From positions 1 to 51,836 of the forward strand of contig JANMKS010000139.1 in NCBI GenBank assembly GCA_031372155.1: DNA of 51,836 nt, in the 5' to 3' direction. Positions 17,984-27,055 of the stretch are shown here, piece after piece (position 1 is the first letter of the stretch; the number at the start of each line of letters is the position of its first letter). The stretch comes from Sphingomonas sp. GTDB lineage: Bacteria; Pseudomonadota; Alphaproteobacteria; Sphingomonadales; Sphingomonadaceae. Below the pieces are notes generated by a model. That model was not told where the DNA came from and did no database searches. It saw only the letters and a program-made list of their open reading frames with translations. The position numbers were made by a program, and so were the translations under genes.

Positions 17984-19069
17984 TCAGTCGAGCCTTTGCA
18001 CCCAGCCGTGTGGATCGGGGGCGATGCCACGCTGGATACCGACCAGCCTGTCGCGGAGCCGTTGCGTCGTTTGTCCGGGACCGCCCGCGCCCATCGTGAA
18101 CTTTCCGGCTGGCCCGGTGACGCTTGCGACCGGCGTCACGACCGCGGCAGTGCCGCACGCGAACGCTTCGGTCAGGAAACCGCTTTCGGCATCGGCGTGC
18201 CATTGGTCCAAGGCATAGGGTTCTTCGCGCACGGTCAGACCGTCGTCGCGCGCCAAAGTGATCAACGAATCGCGGGTGATGCCGGGCAGGATGGTTCCTG
18301 ACAACGGAGGGGTCGTCATCGATCCATCGGCGAACACGAAAAAAAGGTTCATGCCGCCCAGCTCCTCGACCCAGCGCCGCTCGACGGCATCGAGGAACAC
18401 GACCTGGTCGTACCCGCTGCGGATAGCCTCGGCCTGCGCCGCCAGGCTGGCCGCGTAATTGCCTCCGCACTTGGCCGCACCCGTGCCGCCCGGCGCCGCC
18501 CGCGTATAATCCTGCGACACCCACAGCGAAATCGCGGGCGCACCGCTTTTGAAGTAGTTTCCAACCGCAGAGGCAATGACGAGATACAGATATTCCGATG
18601 ACGGCTTGACGCCCAGAAAGGCCTCGCTCGCGAACATGAATGGCCGCAGGTAAAGCGAACCCCCATCGATGGATGGGAACCAGTCGCGATCGGCACGGAC
18701 AAGCGCACGCACCGATTCCACGAACAGTGCTTCGGGAAGCTCGGGCATGGCCAGCCTTCGCGCCGACGCCGCAAAGCGTCGTGCATTTGCATCGGGCCGG
18801 AACAACGCCGTCCCCCCATCAACGAGCCGGTAAGCCTTCAGACCTTCGAAAATTTCCTGCGCATAGTGAAGGACCGCTGTAGCCGGATCGAGTGTCAGGG
18901 GCGCTCGTGCACTGACCTGTGCATCGTACCAGCCGCGCGTCTCGCTATAGCGCACGATGGCCATATGGTCGGTATGCACGCGACCAAAGCCGGGATCGGC
19001 GAGACTGGCCGTACGGTCGCTTGCCGCAACAGGTGCCGTATTCTGATTAAAGGCAAATGACAGCGTCAC
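17984..19069 (-). CDS. ilvE: Branched-chain amino acid aminotransferase
   Basis: LHYAQEIFEGLKAY, LYLRPF, GTGAAKCGGNYAAS (PLP lysine), EELGGMN, ILPGITR, EAFACGTAAV. Confidence 0.96.
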   Translation of the reverse strand: MTLSFAFNQNTAPVAASDRTASLADPGFGRVHTDHMAIVRYSETRGWYDAQVSARAPLTLDPATAVLHYAQEIFEGLKAYRLVDGGTALFRPDANARRFAASARRLAMPELPEALFVESVRALVRADRDWFPSIDGGSLYLRPFMFASEAFLGVKPSSEYLYLVIASAVGNYFKSGAPAISLWVSQDYTRAAPGGTGAAKCGGNYAASLAAQAEAIRSGYDQVVFLDAVERRWVEELGGMNLFFVFADGSMTTPPLSGTILPGITRDSLITLARDDGLTVREEPYALDQWHADAESGFLTEAFACGTAAVVTPVASVTGPAGKFTMGAGGPGQTTQRLRDRLVGIQRGIAPDPHGWVQRLD

Positions 19070-19092
19070 GAGTTCATCCGGAATGCGAGTGG

Positions 19093-19128
19093 TTGCAAAA
19101 GCCTAAAGACGGCGTCAAGATACGTCAA
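19093..19128. promoter_or_regulatory. Overlapping divergent sigma70-like promoters for ilvE (minus: TTGACG-N17-TAGGCT) and marR (plus: TTGCAA-N17-CAAGAT)
   Basis: Both hexamer pairs with 17-nt spacers were read directly in the 60-bp intergenic region. Confidence 0.5.
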
Positions 19129-19129
19129 T

Positions 19130-19624
19130 ATGCCTGTCCAAACTCCTCCTGCCTCGCCACTGTTTCTCCGCGAGAGCGAAATACGACGCGGCGTCGAGCT
19201 GCTGTATTTCGGCTACAGCCACCTGACCCGCAGCATCGATTCGGAGCTGGAAAAAGAGGGTTTGGGGCGCGCGCACCATCGTGCGCTCTACTTCATCGCA
19301 CGCCAGCCCGACCTGACGGTCAGCATGCTCCTGCGGTTTCTCTCGATCACCAAGCAATCGCTGGGGCGGGCACTGACCGACCTTACGGAGCGCGCCCTCG
19401 TCGAGACGCGGGTCGGCGACTTTGATCGGCGCCAAAAGCTGCTGCGGCTGACGCCGACCGGCAAAGTGTTGGAAGCGAGGCTTTTCGACGCCTTTCGCGA
19501 GCGACTGGGCACGGCTTACAGTCACGCCGGACAAACGTCGGTGACAGGATTCTGGCATGTTCTCGAGGGTCTCATTCCCGTCGAGGACCGCGCGCTCGTG
19601 ATTGAACTCAGCCGAAAGAGCTGA
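19130..19624 (+). CDS. MarR family transcriptional regulator
   Basis: GLGRAHHRALYF, ITKQSLGRAL and DRRQKLLRLT winged-helix motifs; divergent from ilvE. Confidence 0.92.
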   Translation: MPVQTPPASPLFLRESEIRRGVELLYFGYSHLTRSIDSELEKEGLGRAHHRALYFIARQPDLTVSMLLRFLSITKQSLGRALTDLTERALVETRVGDFDRRQKLLRLTPTGKVLEARLFDAFRERLGTAYSHAGQTSVTGFWHVLEGLIPVEDRALVIELSRKS

Positions 19625-20402
19625 GCTCGGCAAGTTCGCGATTGCGTTGCGCCGCTGCTGCCAACGCCTGAGCGACGAGACTCGTCAGGGCGTGACGGTC
19701 ATCGAGAACGTCGAGCGCGGCGCGCGTTGACCCGCCCTTGCTGGCGACCCGCTCGGCAAGGTTGTGCGGAGCATCGTCGCTTCCTCCTGCCAGCGAACCG
19801 GCGCCGTCAACAGTTGCAGTTGCCAGGCGTAGCGCCTGGTCGGCCGGCAATCCCAAAGCGGCCCCGCCCTTCGCCAACGCATCGATATAGCGATAGACGA
19901 ACGCAGGCCCTGACCCGGATAGCGCGGTGACAACGTCGAAGAGGCTCTCCTCGTCGATCCACTCGACCAGCCCCAGCGATGACATCAGCACTTCGATGTC
20001 CTTGCGATCTTCGGCTGCCAGGTTGCCATGAACCGCCACCACGCCCTTGCCGATCGCGACGGGAAGGTTCGGCATTATCCGCGCGATCGCGCGGGCGCCC
20101 GGAAAGACATTCCGAAGAGCTTTCGCCGTCGTTCCCGCAAGGATCGAAAGCAGCAGCGCTCCTCGCGTCGCGGCCTGTATGGCTGGCACAACGTCGGCCA
20201 GCATTTGCGGTTTCACGCCGAGCATGACCATGGCGGGCGGAAGTTCGTCCGGCACGGTAGCGAGAACGCGTACATCGTGCCGACGCGAATTGGGATCGAT
20301 GACCGTTATGCGCGCGGGGTCGAGTCCGGTAGAAAGCCAGCGCCCAAGCATAGCACCTGCCATGTTGCCGCAACCGACCAACCAGATCGCGTCGCTGCTC
20401 AC
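19608..20402 (-). CDS. proC: Pyrroline-5-carboxylate reductase
   Basis: VGCGNMAGA, GVKPQ, RIMPNLP, TALSGSGPAF, VASKGGST; GTG start overlaps the upstream TGA. Confidence 0.95.
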   Translation of the reverse strand: MSSDAIWLVGCGNMAGAMLGRWLSTGLDPARITVIDPNSRRHDVRVLATVPDELPPAMVMLGVKPQMLADVVPAIQAATRGALLLSILAGTTAKALRNVFPGARAIARIMPNLPVAIGKGVVAVHGNLAAEDRKDIEVLMSSLGLVEWIDEESLFDVVTALSGSGPAFVYRYIDALAKGGAALGLPADQALRLATATVDGAGSLAGGSDDAPHNLAERVASKGGSTRAALDVLDDRHALTSLVAQALAAAAQRNRELAELSSFG

Positions 20403-20905
20403 GCTTCGCCGCGCGTTTCGACCATGGCTGCGGCGATTGCGTCCCTGGGCGATTTGCCACCCCATAATACGAACTGGAACACAGGATAGAAGCGGTCCAG
20501 TTCGTCGACTGCAGCTTCGATCAGCATTTCGGCCTGATCGATCGAAAGCCCAGGTTCGTCTCCACCGTCCAGCAAAGCAGCATGCCGAAAGAGCAGAGTG
20601 CCCGAGCTTGCCCACATTTCAAAGTGACCAAGCCACAGTTGCTCATTCACCAGCCCGATAGTTTCATATACGGTCGCGTTCTGGTGCGCCGACACCGTAA
20701 TGTCGGGGAAAGCCAGAAACTGCAGCACGTTGTCGTCGTCGCGCCATACGCCGCGCAGTTCGTAACTGCCCCAGGCACCTTTCGTGGAAGCGACGATTTC
20801 CTCGTCGCCGACTCGTTCGTTCGACCATCCATGCGCCTCGAACCATGCTTCGAGCATGTCGATCGGTGCTGCGCTGCCCCCGTCTTCCTCGATATGAACC
20901 ATCAT
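20399..20905 (-). CDS. YbjN-domain protein
   Basis: PIDMLE, NEQLWLGHFEMW and DRFYPVFQFVLWGGKSP, the pattern of the alphaproteobacterial protein found upstream of proC. Confidence 0.85.
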   Translation of the reverse strand: MMVHIEEDGGSAAPIDMLEAWFEAHGWSNERVGDEEIVASTKGAWGSYELRGVWRDDDNVLQFLAFPDITVSAHQNATVYETIGLVNEQLWLGHFEMWASSGTLLFRHAALLDGGDEPGLSIDQAEMLIEAAVDELDRFYPVFQFVLWGGKSPRDAIAAAMVETRGEA

Positions 20906-20975
20906 CGCGTCATAACGACTGACGACTGTGTCGCGAAGCCGCAAGCCTGCCGATCCCGAAAACTGTGGATAAGCG

Positions 20976-21230
20976 CTACGATGCTGCCTTGGCTTTCACT
21001 TCCAGCGCGTCGAGGCGTGCCTTGAGCGCTTCGGCTTCGTCCCGCGCGGCGGCAGCCATTGCCTTGACCGCTTCGAATTCCTCCCGGCTCACGAATTCGA
21101 GCCCGCCGATCCACTCCTTGGCCTTGTCGCGCACCGACGCCTCCGCCTCTCGTCCCATGCCCGCAATCGTACCGGCTGCACCATTCACGAGTTTGGCCAA
21201 GTCGTCGAATATCTTGCTGTCAGTCTGCAT
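20976..21230 (-). CDS. ubiK: UbiK/BMFP family accessory factor
   Basis: 84 aa; DDLAKL, VSREEFEAVKAMA and a C-terminal coiled coil. Confidence 0.85.
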   Translation of the reverse strand: MQTDSKIFDDLAKLVNGAAGTIAGMGREAEASVRDKAKEWIGGLEFVSREEFEAVKAMAAAARDEAEALKARLDALEVKAKAAS

Positions 21231-21256
21231 GTCGTATTCCCGCTCGATTGAGTTCG

Positions 21257-21811
21257 TCAGATCTCAATCTGGGTAGAGCCACCCTTCGGCGCAAGTGTTT
21301 CAGCGTCCGGGTTCAGAACGTGCACCTGCCAATTGAGGGTCGCTGCAAAGCACAGCCACGCGAGATAGGGCACCATCAGCCACGCCGCGACCGACCTGAC
21401 CCGCGCGAATGCGATTGTCGTCGCAATTGCGGTTGCAAGCATGAACAGGATCAGGACGAACGCCGCCAACACCTGATGCGCTGCGAAAAAGAGCGGGGAC
21501 CAGCCGAGGTTCAAGACGAAAGCCACCGCGAAAAGCGCGATGGCAGTGCTCCGGTACCGGTTCCCCCGCGCGTTGAGGACAAGTGCCAGCGCAAACCCCA
21601 GCATGACATAGAGCACTGTCCACGCCGCTCCGAATGCCCAGCCGGGCGGCATGATCGACGGCTTCTGCAAGGCGTCGAACCAGGGGTTGCCATAGCCCGA
21701 CTGTGATGCCCTGCCCGACAGGAAGCCGAAAAAGACAATCGCGGGAACTGTGACCAGCGCCCAGCGAAGGTAGGACATCCGAAGCTGCGACGGCGAAGCG
21801 ATCTCACTCAT
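21257..21811 (-). CDS. tspO: TspO/MBR tryptophan-rich sensory protein
   Basis: WFDALQKP..PPGWAFG.AWTVLY, LNLGWSPLFF, PYLAWLCFA.LN. Confidence 0.93.
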   Translation of the reverse strand: MSEIASPSQLRMSYLRWALVTVPAIVFFGFLSGRASQSGYGNPWFDALQKPSIMPPGWAFGAAWTVLYVMLGFALALVLNARGNRYRSTAIALFAVAFVLNLGWSPLFFAAHQVLAAFVLILFMLATAIATTIAFARVRSVAAWLMVPYLAWLCFAATLNWQVHVLNPDAETLAPKGGSTQIEI

Positions 21812-21849
21812 GGCCCGCCCTTAGCGGGCACGGCAAGCGGGTCAAAGCG

Positions 21850-23775
21850 TCAAATGTCAGTCGACAGACTGAGCAAGAAGCGGCGCGTCCCGTTCGGCGT
21901 GAATGCTCCGCTGCTGCCGACGTTCCAGCCAAAGGTGTTGGTAACGTTGCCGACTTGCGCGCGGACAAGCACGGGCTTTCCTGAAATCTGCAGCCGGTAC
22001 CGCGCGCCGAGATTGACGATCGCGCGCGCCGGAATGACCAGCGTATTTGCTGCGTTCGCCGTCCGACCGCTTGTTCCCTCAAAATAGGCGTCCAGCGACA
22101 GCGCCTTGTGCCACGGCAGCCGGTAATTGAGGCTTGCGATCGTGTGACGCGTAAAGGTGCCGATCGGCCGCGGCTTGATCAGCCCCCTGTCGACCTCCTC
22201 GCCCGATACCTTCGCATCGATCAGCGTATTGCCGACGACCGCCGTAAGGTTCGGCGCGATCTGTCCGGCGAGCGACAGCTCGATGCCGCGGTGACGGACG
22301 TTGCCCAGCTGCCGGAAAAGTCCGGCTGGATCGACATTGAAATAAGGTTTCACGACGTCGAAGACGCCGGCCACCGCGCTCAATTTCGCAGTGATCTTCC
22401 AACGCAGGCCCGCGTCCTTTTGCTGGGTACGAATGGCAGGCGGCGCTTCGTTGATATTTATCGCGTCGCTCGGCGCAAGCGCGCTTTCTTCCAGCCCGCG
22501 TGTGTACCCTGCATATGCGACAAGCTGAGGCGTGATGTAAATCGCGCCCGCGGCGTTGACGAGCAATGGCCGGTCGCGCGTTTCGGGGAACACGACGAGT
22601 GGGTCCGGGTCGGTGACCCGCTTGAAATATTGTGCCTTTTGAACGCCGGCGGTGAGCTCGCCGACGCCCGGCCACCTGAGCTCATATACCAAGCCGACCG
22701 TCGTTTGCGTCACACGGTCACGCGTCTTCGTACTGTCGATGGTTAGCGGTTCAGGGCGGTAGTCAGGGATATCACTGCGGCTGGCGCCAAGATCGGCAAT
22801 CCCGGCGCCCCCATAAGCCCGGTTCTGGCGACGTACGCGCAGCGACGCGATCAGGCTGTGCTGCCGGCCACCCTCGACGATGCTTCGTGCGATACGCAGC
22901 TCGCCCGAATATGAGTCGCCGGTGTCGCCGCGCTCGACCACCACCCGTCTGCGCGCGGCCGTGCCGTCCTGCCGCACGCCCGACAGGATATCGAATGCCT
23001 GGCTGTCGATAGTGTAAAGCGAGCGAAAGACGCCGAGCCGCACATCGAACCCCAAGGGCTCCGCGCGCGCAACGATACCGTAATTCGTCTGCACCCCGCG
23101 GTAATCCGCCCAGTACTGCCCCTTGAACTCATTACGCGGGGCGCGTTTCGGCAGAAACGCGCCGCTGGTGAAGATGTAAGGCGAACTCTCTTGATCGCTG
23201 TCGCGGGTCCGCATCCAGAACGGCGTTACCTCGATGCTGGGCTTGGGCGCAAAATGGCCGATCAGCGCAGTCGAAACGCTATGGTTGATCGACCCATAGC
23301 TTGTACCCTCGTGCGAGAAGTCGACGCCGGCCGCCAAACCGAGGCGCTCGCCGTCGATCGGCACCTGAAGATCGACCTCCCCAATCAGCCCTCGCCACGG
23401 GCCATATGTCAGCCCGACCGACGTGAGGAGCTTGTCGCCCGGTTTTTGAAGCGTGTAGTCGACGATGCCCGTCGGTGCGGGAAACGGATAGCCCTGCGCC
23501 GACAAGCCGACCCTGATTGTCGACCCGGAAACGATGCGGCTGTTGAGATTTGCCTGGAGGTCGAAGTACAAACCTTCGATGCGGACATTTCCTGCGTCGA
23601 TCGGGGAAAAGCCGCGAATGTCGCCAGCGTTGTAGATGCCGACATACTGATCGCCGACGCTGGTTCCGAAAGCGTCCTGAGCAGCAGTTGTCGCGTTGTC
23701 GTCCGTGCGTTGGGCAAGTGCCGGTTGGGTCGTTACCGCAGCACCGACAAGTAAAAGACGCGACCCAACCCCCAT
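21850..23775 (-). CDS. TonB-dependent outer-membrane receptor (compact, ~640 aa)
   Basis: Signal peptide 'MGVGSRLLLVGAAVTTQPALAQ', plug motif IRGFSPIDAGNVRIEGLYFD, amphipathic beta-strands, RHRGIELS, NVTN, C-terminal beta signal. The ORF-track start at 23946 lies inside tlyA and was trimmed. Confidence 0.85.
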   Translation of the reverse strand: MGVGSRLLLVGAAVTTQPALAQRTDDNATTAAQDAFGTSVGDQYVGIYNAGDIRGFSPIDAGNVRIEGLYFDLQANLNSRIVSGSTIRVGLSAQGYPFPAPTGIVDYTLQKPGDKLLTSVGLTYGPWRGLIGEVDLQVPIDGERLGLAAGVDFSHEGTSYGSINHSVSTALIGHFAPKPSIEVTPFWMRTRDSDQESSPYIFTSGAFLPKRAPRNEFKGQYWADYRGVQTNYGIVARAEPLGFDVRLGVFRSLYTIDSQAFDILSGVRQDGTAARRRVVVERGDTGDSYSGELRIARSIVEGGRQHSLIASLRVRRQNRAYGGAGIADLGASRSDIPDYRPEPLTIDSTKTRDRVTQTTVGLVYELRWPGVGELTAGVQKAQYFKRVTDPDPLVVFPETRDRPLLVNAAGAIYITPQLVAYAGYTRGLEESALAPSDAININEAPPAIRTQQKDAGLRWKITAKLSAVAGVFDVVKPYFNVDPAGLFRQLGNVRHRGIELSLAGQIAPNLTAVVGNTLIDAKVSGEEVDRGLIKPRPIGTFTRHTIASLNYRLPWHKALSLDAYFEGTSGRTANAANTLVIPARAIVNLGARYRLQISGKPVLVRAQVGNVTNTFGWNVGSSGAFTPNGTRRFLLSLSTDI

Positions 23776-23807
23776 TTGCGGAGACTTCACACGCAAGCAA
23801 CTAGCGG

Positions 23808-24578
23808 TCAAGCCAGACTTGTGTCCTTCGCGCCACACCCGATTGTCAATCGACTGGCGGCAATCAGGAACTCGACATTTCCTTCGGGTCCGGTGATGGG
23901 GCTTTGGGTTATTCCAGCGACGGCCCAATCGTTGCCTACAAGCCAATCGATAACCGCGTCACAGACATCCTTGTGCAGGGCGGGGTCGCGAACCACGCCC
24001 CCCTTTCCCACTGCATCCCGGCCGACCTCGAACTGCGGCTTGATTAGAGCCATCAGGCGCGCATCGCGCGTGGCGAACGTCAGCGGCTGTTTCAAAACCT
24101 TGGCAAGGCCGATGAAGCTGGCGTCGCATACGAACAGGTCGATAGGCTCGGGAATATGAGCCAAGGTCAATATGCGGGCGCTCGTCTGTTCGTGCACCAC
24201 GACCCGTTCGTCCTGACGAAGTTTCCAGGCAAGCTGGTTGGTGCCCGAATCAATGGCGTAAACTTTGCGAGCGCCGCGCGTCAGCAACACGTCGGTGAAG
24301 CCTCCGGTCGACGACCCCACATCCATCGCGAAGGACCCGCCGACGTCCCAACCGAAGTGGTCGAGGCCGTGCGCCAATTTGATGCCGCCACGCGATACCC
24401 AGGGGTGGTCGCGACCCTTGACCACAAGCACAGCATCGGCCGGGATTTCCTGTCCTGCCTTGTCGATCCTCCTGTCGCTCAGGAAAACGTTGCCTGACAG
24501 GATTAACGCCTGTGCCCGGGTCCGACTTTCGGCGAGGCTCAGCTCGACAAGCCGCAAATCTGCGCGTGTTCTGGCCAC
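23808..24578 (-). CDS. tlyA: TlyA family RNA 2'-O-methyltransferase
   Basis: S4 domain, VSRGGIKL, DVGSSTGGFTD, DASFI, LIKPQFE, SPITGPEGNVEFL. Confidence 0.95.
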   Translation of the reverse strand: MARTRADLRLVELSLAESRTRAQALILSGNVFLSDRRIDKAGQEIPADAVLVVKGRDHPWVSRGGIKLAHGLDHFGWDVGGSFAMDVGSSTGGFTDVLLTRGARKVYAIDSGTNQLAWKLRQDERVVVHEQTSARILTLAHIPEPIDLFVCDASFIGLAKVLKQPLTFATRDARLMALIKPQFEVGRDAVGKGGVVRDPALHKDVCDAVIDWLVGNDWAVAGITQSPITGPEGNVEFLIAASRLTIGCGAKDTSLA

Positions 24579-24607
24579 AGCTTACCTTAGCCGGAACCGC
24601 ACGGAGG

Positions 24608-26533
24608 CTATGCCCTGACCTCTTCGACGATTCCCACGCTGTTGACACGCAATGCCTTTAGGACAGTTTCGACAATCGCATCGGCGTCCAGACCAGCTTC
24701 CTTGTACTGGATCTCGGGCTTGTCGTGATCCTGAAACACATCGGGAAGGCGAAGCGTCCGAAGTTTCAGACCGGCGTCGATCAGCCCCTCGTCGCTGGCC
24801 ATCGTCAGCACGTGCGCACCAAGCCCGCCGATGCTGCCCTCTTCTACCGTCACGGCAACTTCGTGCGTCGTCAGCAAACGTCGGATCATTTCGGCGTCGA
24901 GTGGCTTGGCAAAACGCAGATCGGCGACGGTCGTGCTCAAGCCCTTCGCTTCGAGTGCGTCCGCCGCCTTCAGCGCTTCCTCCAATCGCGTTCCGAGCGA
25001 GAGAATTGCGACCTTCTTGCCGGAGCGCACAATGCGGCCTTTGCCGATTTCCAGCCTTTCGGGGACAGCAGGCAGAGCAACACCGGTGCCGTTCCCGCGC
25101 GGATAACGCACCGCAATGGGGCCTGTATCGTGGAGCGCGCACGTATAGGTCATGTGGACGAGTTCGGCCTCATCAGCGGGCGCCATCACGACGAAGTTCG
25201 GCAAGGTCGCAAGGTAAGTCACGTCGAAGGAACCTGCGTGCGTACAGCCGTCGGCACCGACCAGGCCCGCCCGGTCGATGGCAAATCGGACGGGCAGATT
25301 CTGAATCGCGACATCGTGCACCACTTGATCGTAGGCACGCTGGAGGAAGGTGGAGTAGATTGCACAGAAGGGCCGCATTCCCTGTGCCGCCAACCCTGCG
25401 GCAAACGTCACGGCATGTTGTTCGGCTATCCCGACATCGAAGGCGCGATCCGGGTGTGCGGCGGCGAACTTGTCGACGCCGGTTCCCGAAGGCATTGCCG
25501 CCGTGATCGCAACGATGCGCGGGTCAGTATCGGCGAGCTTTGCGAGCGTCTCTCCGAATACATTCTGGTATGAGGGCGGACCGGGCGGCGCCTTCGCCTG
25601 AACTCCCGACACGACGTCGAATTTCTGAACGCCGTGGTACTTGTCCGCGCTGGCTTCCGCAGGGCCGTAGCCCTTACCCTTCTTGGTGACCACATGAATG
25701 AGGCAAGGCCCTTCGGCGGCGTCACGCACATTTTCGAGCACCGGGATGAGGTGTTCCATGTCGTGCCCGTCAATCGGCCCGACATAATAAAAGCCGAGTT
25801 CCTCGAAGAACGTGCCTCCCATTGCCATGCCGCGCGCGAACTCGTCGGTCTTCTTCAGGCTCTTGTGAATAGGGCCCGGAAGCTTGCGGGCGAGTCGCTT
25901 GGCAAGGTCCCGTAGCCCCAGAAATTCGCGGCTGGACACGATCCTTGCCAGATATGCGGAGAGACCGCCGACCGGAGGCGCAATCGACATGTCGTTGTCG
26001 TTGAGTATGACGACCAGCCTGTTTCCGGCCTGAGCCGCGTTGTTCATCGCCTCGTAAGCCATGCCCGCCGACATCGCACCGTCCCCGATCACGGCGATCG
26101 CTTTGCCCGGCTGCTCGTTCAGCTTGTTGGCAACCGCAAATCCCAAAGCCGCCGAGATCGACGTTGACGAATGCGCCGCGCCGAACGGGTCATATTCGCT
26201 TTCCGACCGCTTGGTGAAGCCGGACAATCCGCCGCCTTGGCGCAACGTACGGATGCGTTCGCGCCTTCCGGTGAGAATCTTGTGCGGATAGGCCTGATGG
26301 CCGACGTCCCAAACGAGCCGATCGCGCGGTGTGTCGAAGACATAGTGGATCGCGACCGTCAGTTCGACCACGCCCAGACCGGAACCGAGGTGACCACCGG
26401 TCGAGCCGACGGCGGAAATCATCTCCGCGCGAAGTTCGTCGGCAACCTGACGAAGCTGCGTCGGGGCAAGTGAGCGGAGCTCGCCGGGCGTAGAGACCGT
26501 GTCGAGCAACGGCGTGTCAGGAAGACTGGACAT
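24608..26533 (-). CDS. dxs: 1-deoxy-D-xylulose-5-phosphate synthase
   Basis: [33 protein letters not shown] (TPP), [29 protein letters not shown]. Confidence 0.98.
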   Translation of the reverse strand: MSSLPDTPLLDTVSTPGELRSLAPTQLRQVADELRAEMISAVGSTGGHLGSGLGVVELTVAIHYVFDTPRDRLVWDVGHQAYPHKILTGRRERIRTLRQGGGLSGFTKRSESEYDPFGAAHSSTSISAALGFAVANKLNEQPGKAIAVIGDGAMSAGMAYEAMNNAAQAGNRLVVILNDNDMSIAPPVGGLSAYLARIVSSREFLGLRDLAKRLARKLPGPIHKSLKKTDEFARGMAMGGTFFEELGFYYVGPIDGHDMEHLIPVLENVRDAAEGPCLIHVVTKKGKGYGPAEASADKYHGVQKFDVVSGVQAKAPPGPPSYQNVFGETLAKLADTDPRIVAITAAMPSGTGVDKFAAAHPDRAFDVGIAEQHAVTFAAGLAAQGMRPFCAIYSTFLQRAYDQVVHDVAIQNLPVRFAIDRAGLVGADGCTHAGSFDVTYLATLPNFVVMAPADEAELVHMTYTCALHDTGPIAVRYPRGNGTGVALPAVPERLEIGKGRIVRSGKKVAILSLGTRLEEALKAADALEAKGLSTTVADLRFAKPLDAEMIRRLLTTHEVAVTVEEGSIGGLGAHVLTMASDEGLIDAGLKLRTLRLPDVFQDHDKPEIQYKEAGLDADAIVETVLKALRVNSVGIVEEVRA

Positions 26534-26557
26534 ATCGTACTTTAGGACGTCACGGCG

Positions 26558-27016
26558 TCACTCGCAATCCGCGCATTTTCCGCGAACTTCGATGACCGGA
26601 CGGGCGACGGCAAACCCCGTTCCCGTCGCTGCCGCGCGCACTTGTCCGGTCAGGGCGTCGTCGTCGATGTGAGTCGTCGTCCCGCAGGAATCGCACACGA
26701 GGAAGATGCAGTCGTGCACGCAGTCGGGATGCTGATTGACGATATAGGCATTTGCGCTTTCCACGCGGCGCGCCAGATTGGCCGTAACGAACAGGTCGAG
26801 GATACGGTAAACGCTGTTCGCGGCAACCCTCCGCCCCTCCGCTTTTGAAACTGCCTCGGCGATATCATATGCGCTCGCAGGTTTGTCGAAAGTGGAGAGC
26901 GCGGCGTAAATCGCTGCCCGCATGGCCGTCCACTGCTCACCCGACGTCTCTAGCGCCGACTGCGCGGCCGCAGCGATCGGGCGCCCGTGGTGAAGAGTAT
27001 GATCGTGAAGCCCCAT
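26558..27016 (-). CDS. Fur family regulator, Zur-like
   Basis: His-rich N-terminus, SAYDI, SVYRILDLF, RVESANAY, CDSC and C-terminal CADC zinc motifs. Confidence 0.85.
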   Translation of the reverse strand: MGLHDHTLHHGRPIAAAAQSALETSGEQWTAMRAAIYAALSTFDKPASAYDIAEAVSKAEGRRVAANSVYRILDLFVTANLARRVESANAYIVNQHPDCVHDCIFLVCDSCGTTTHIDDDALTGQVRAAATGTGFAVARPVIEVRGKCADCE

Positions 27017-27055
27017 ATCCCGGATGTAGTGCGCCGCTGCTGCCGGGTAAAGTAA

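Noticed and set aside
18339-18345. A7 homopolymer in ilvE as a phase-variation tract
   Set aside because: Short, in frame (encodes LFF on the minus strand) and in a housekeeping gene.
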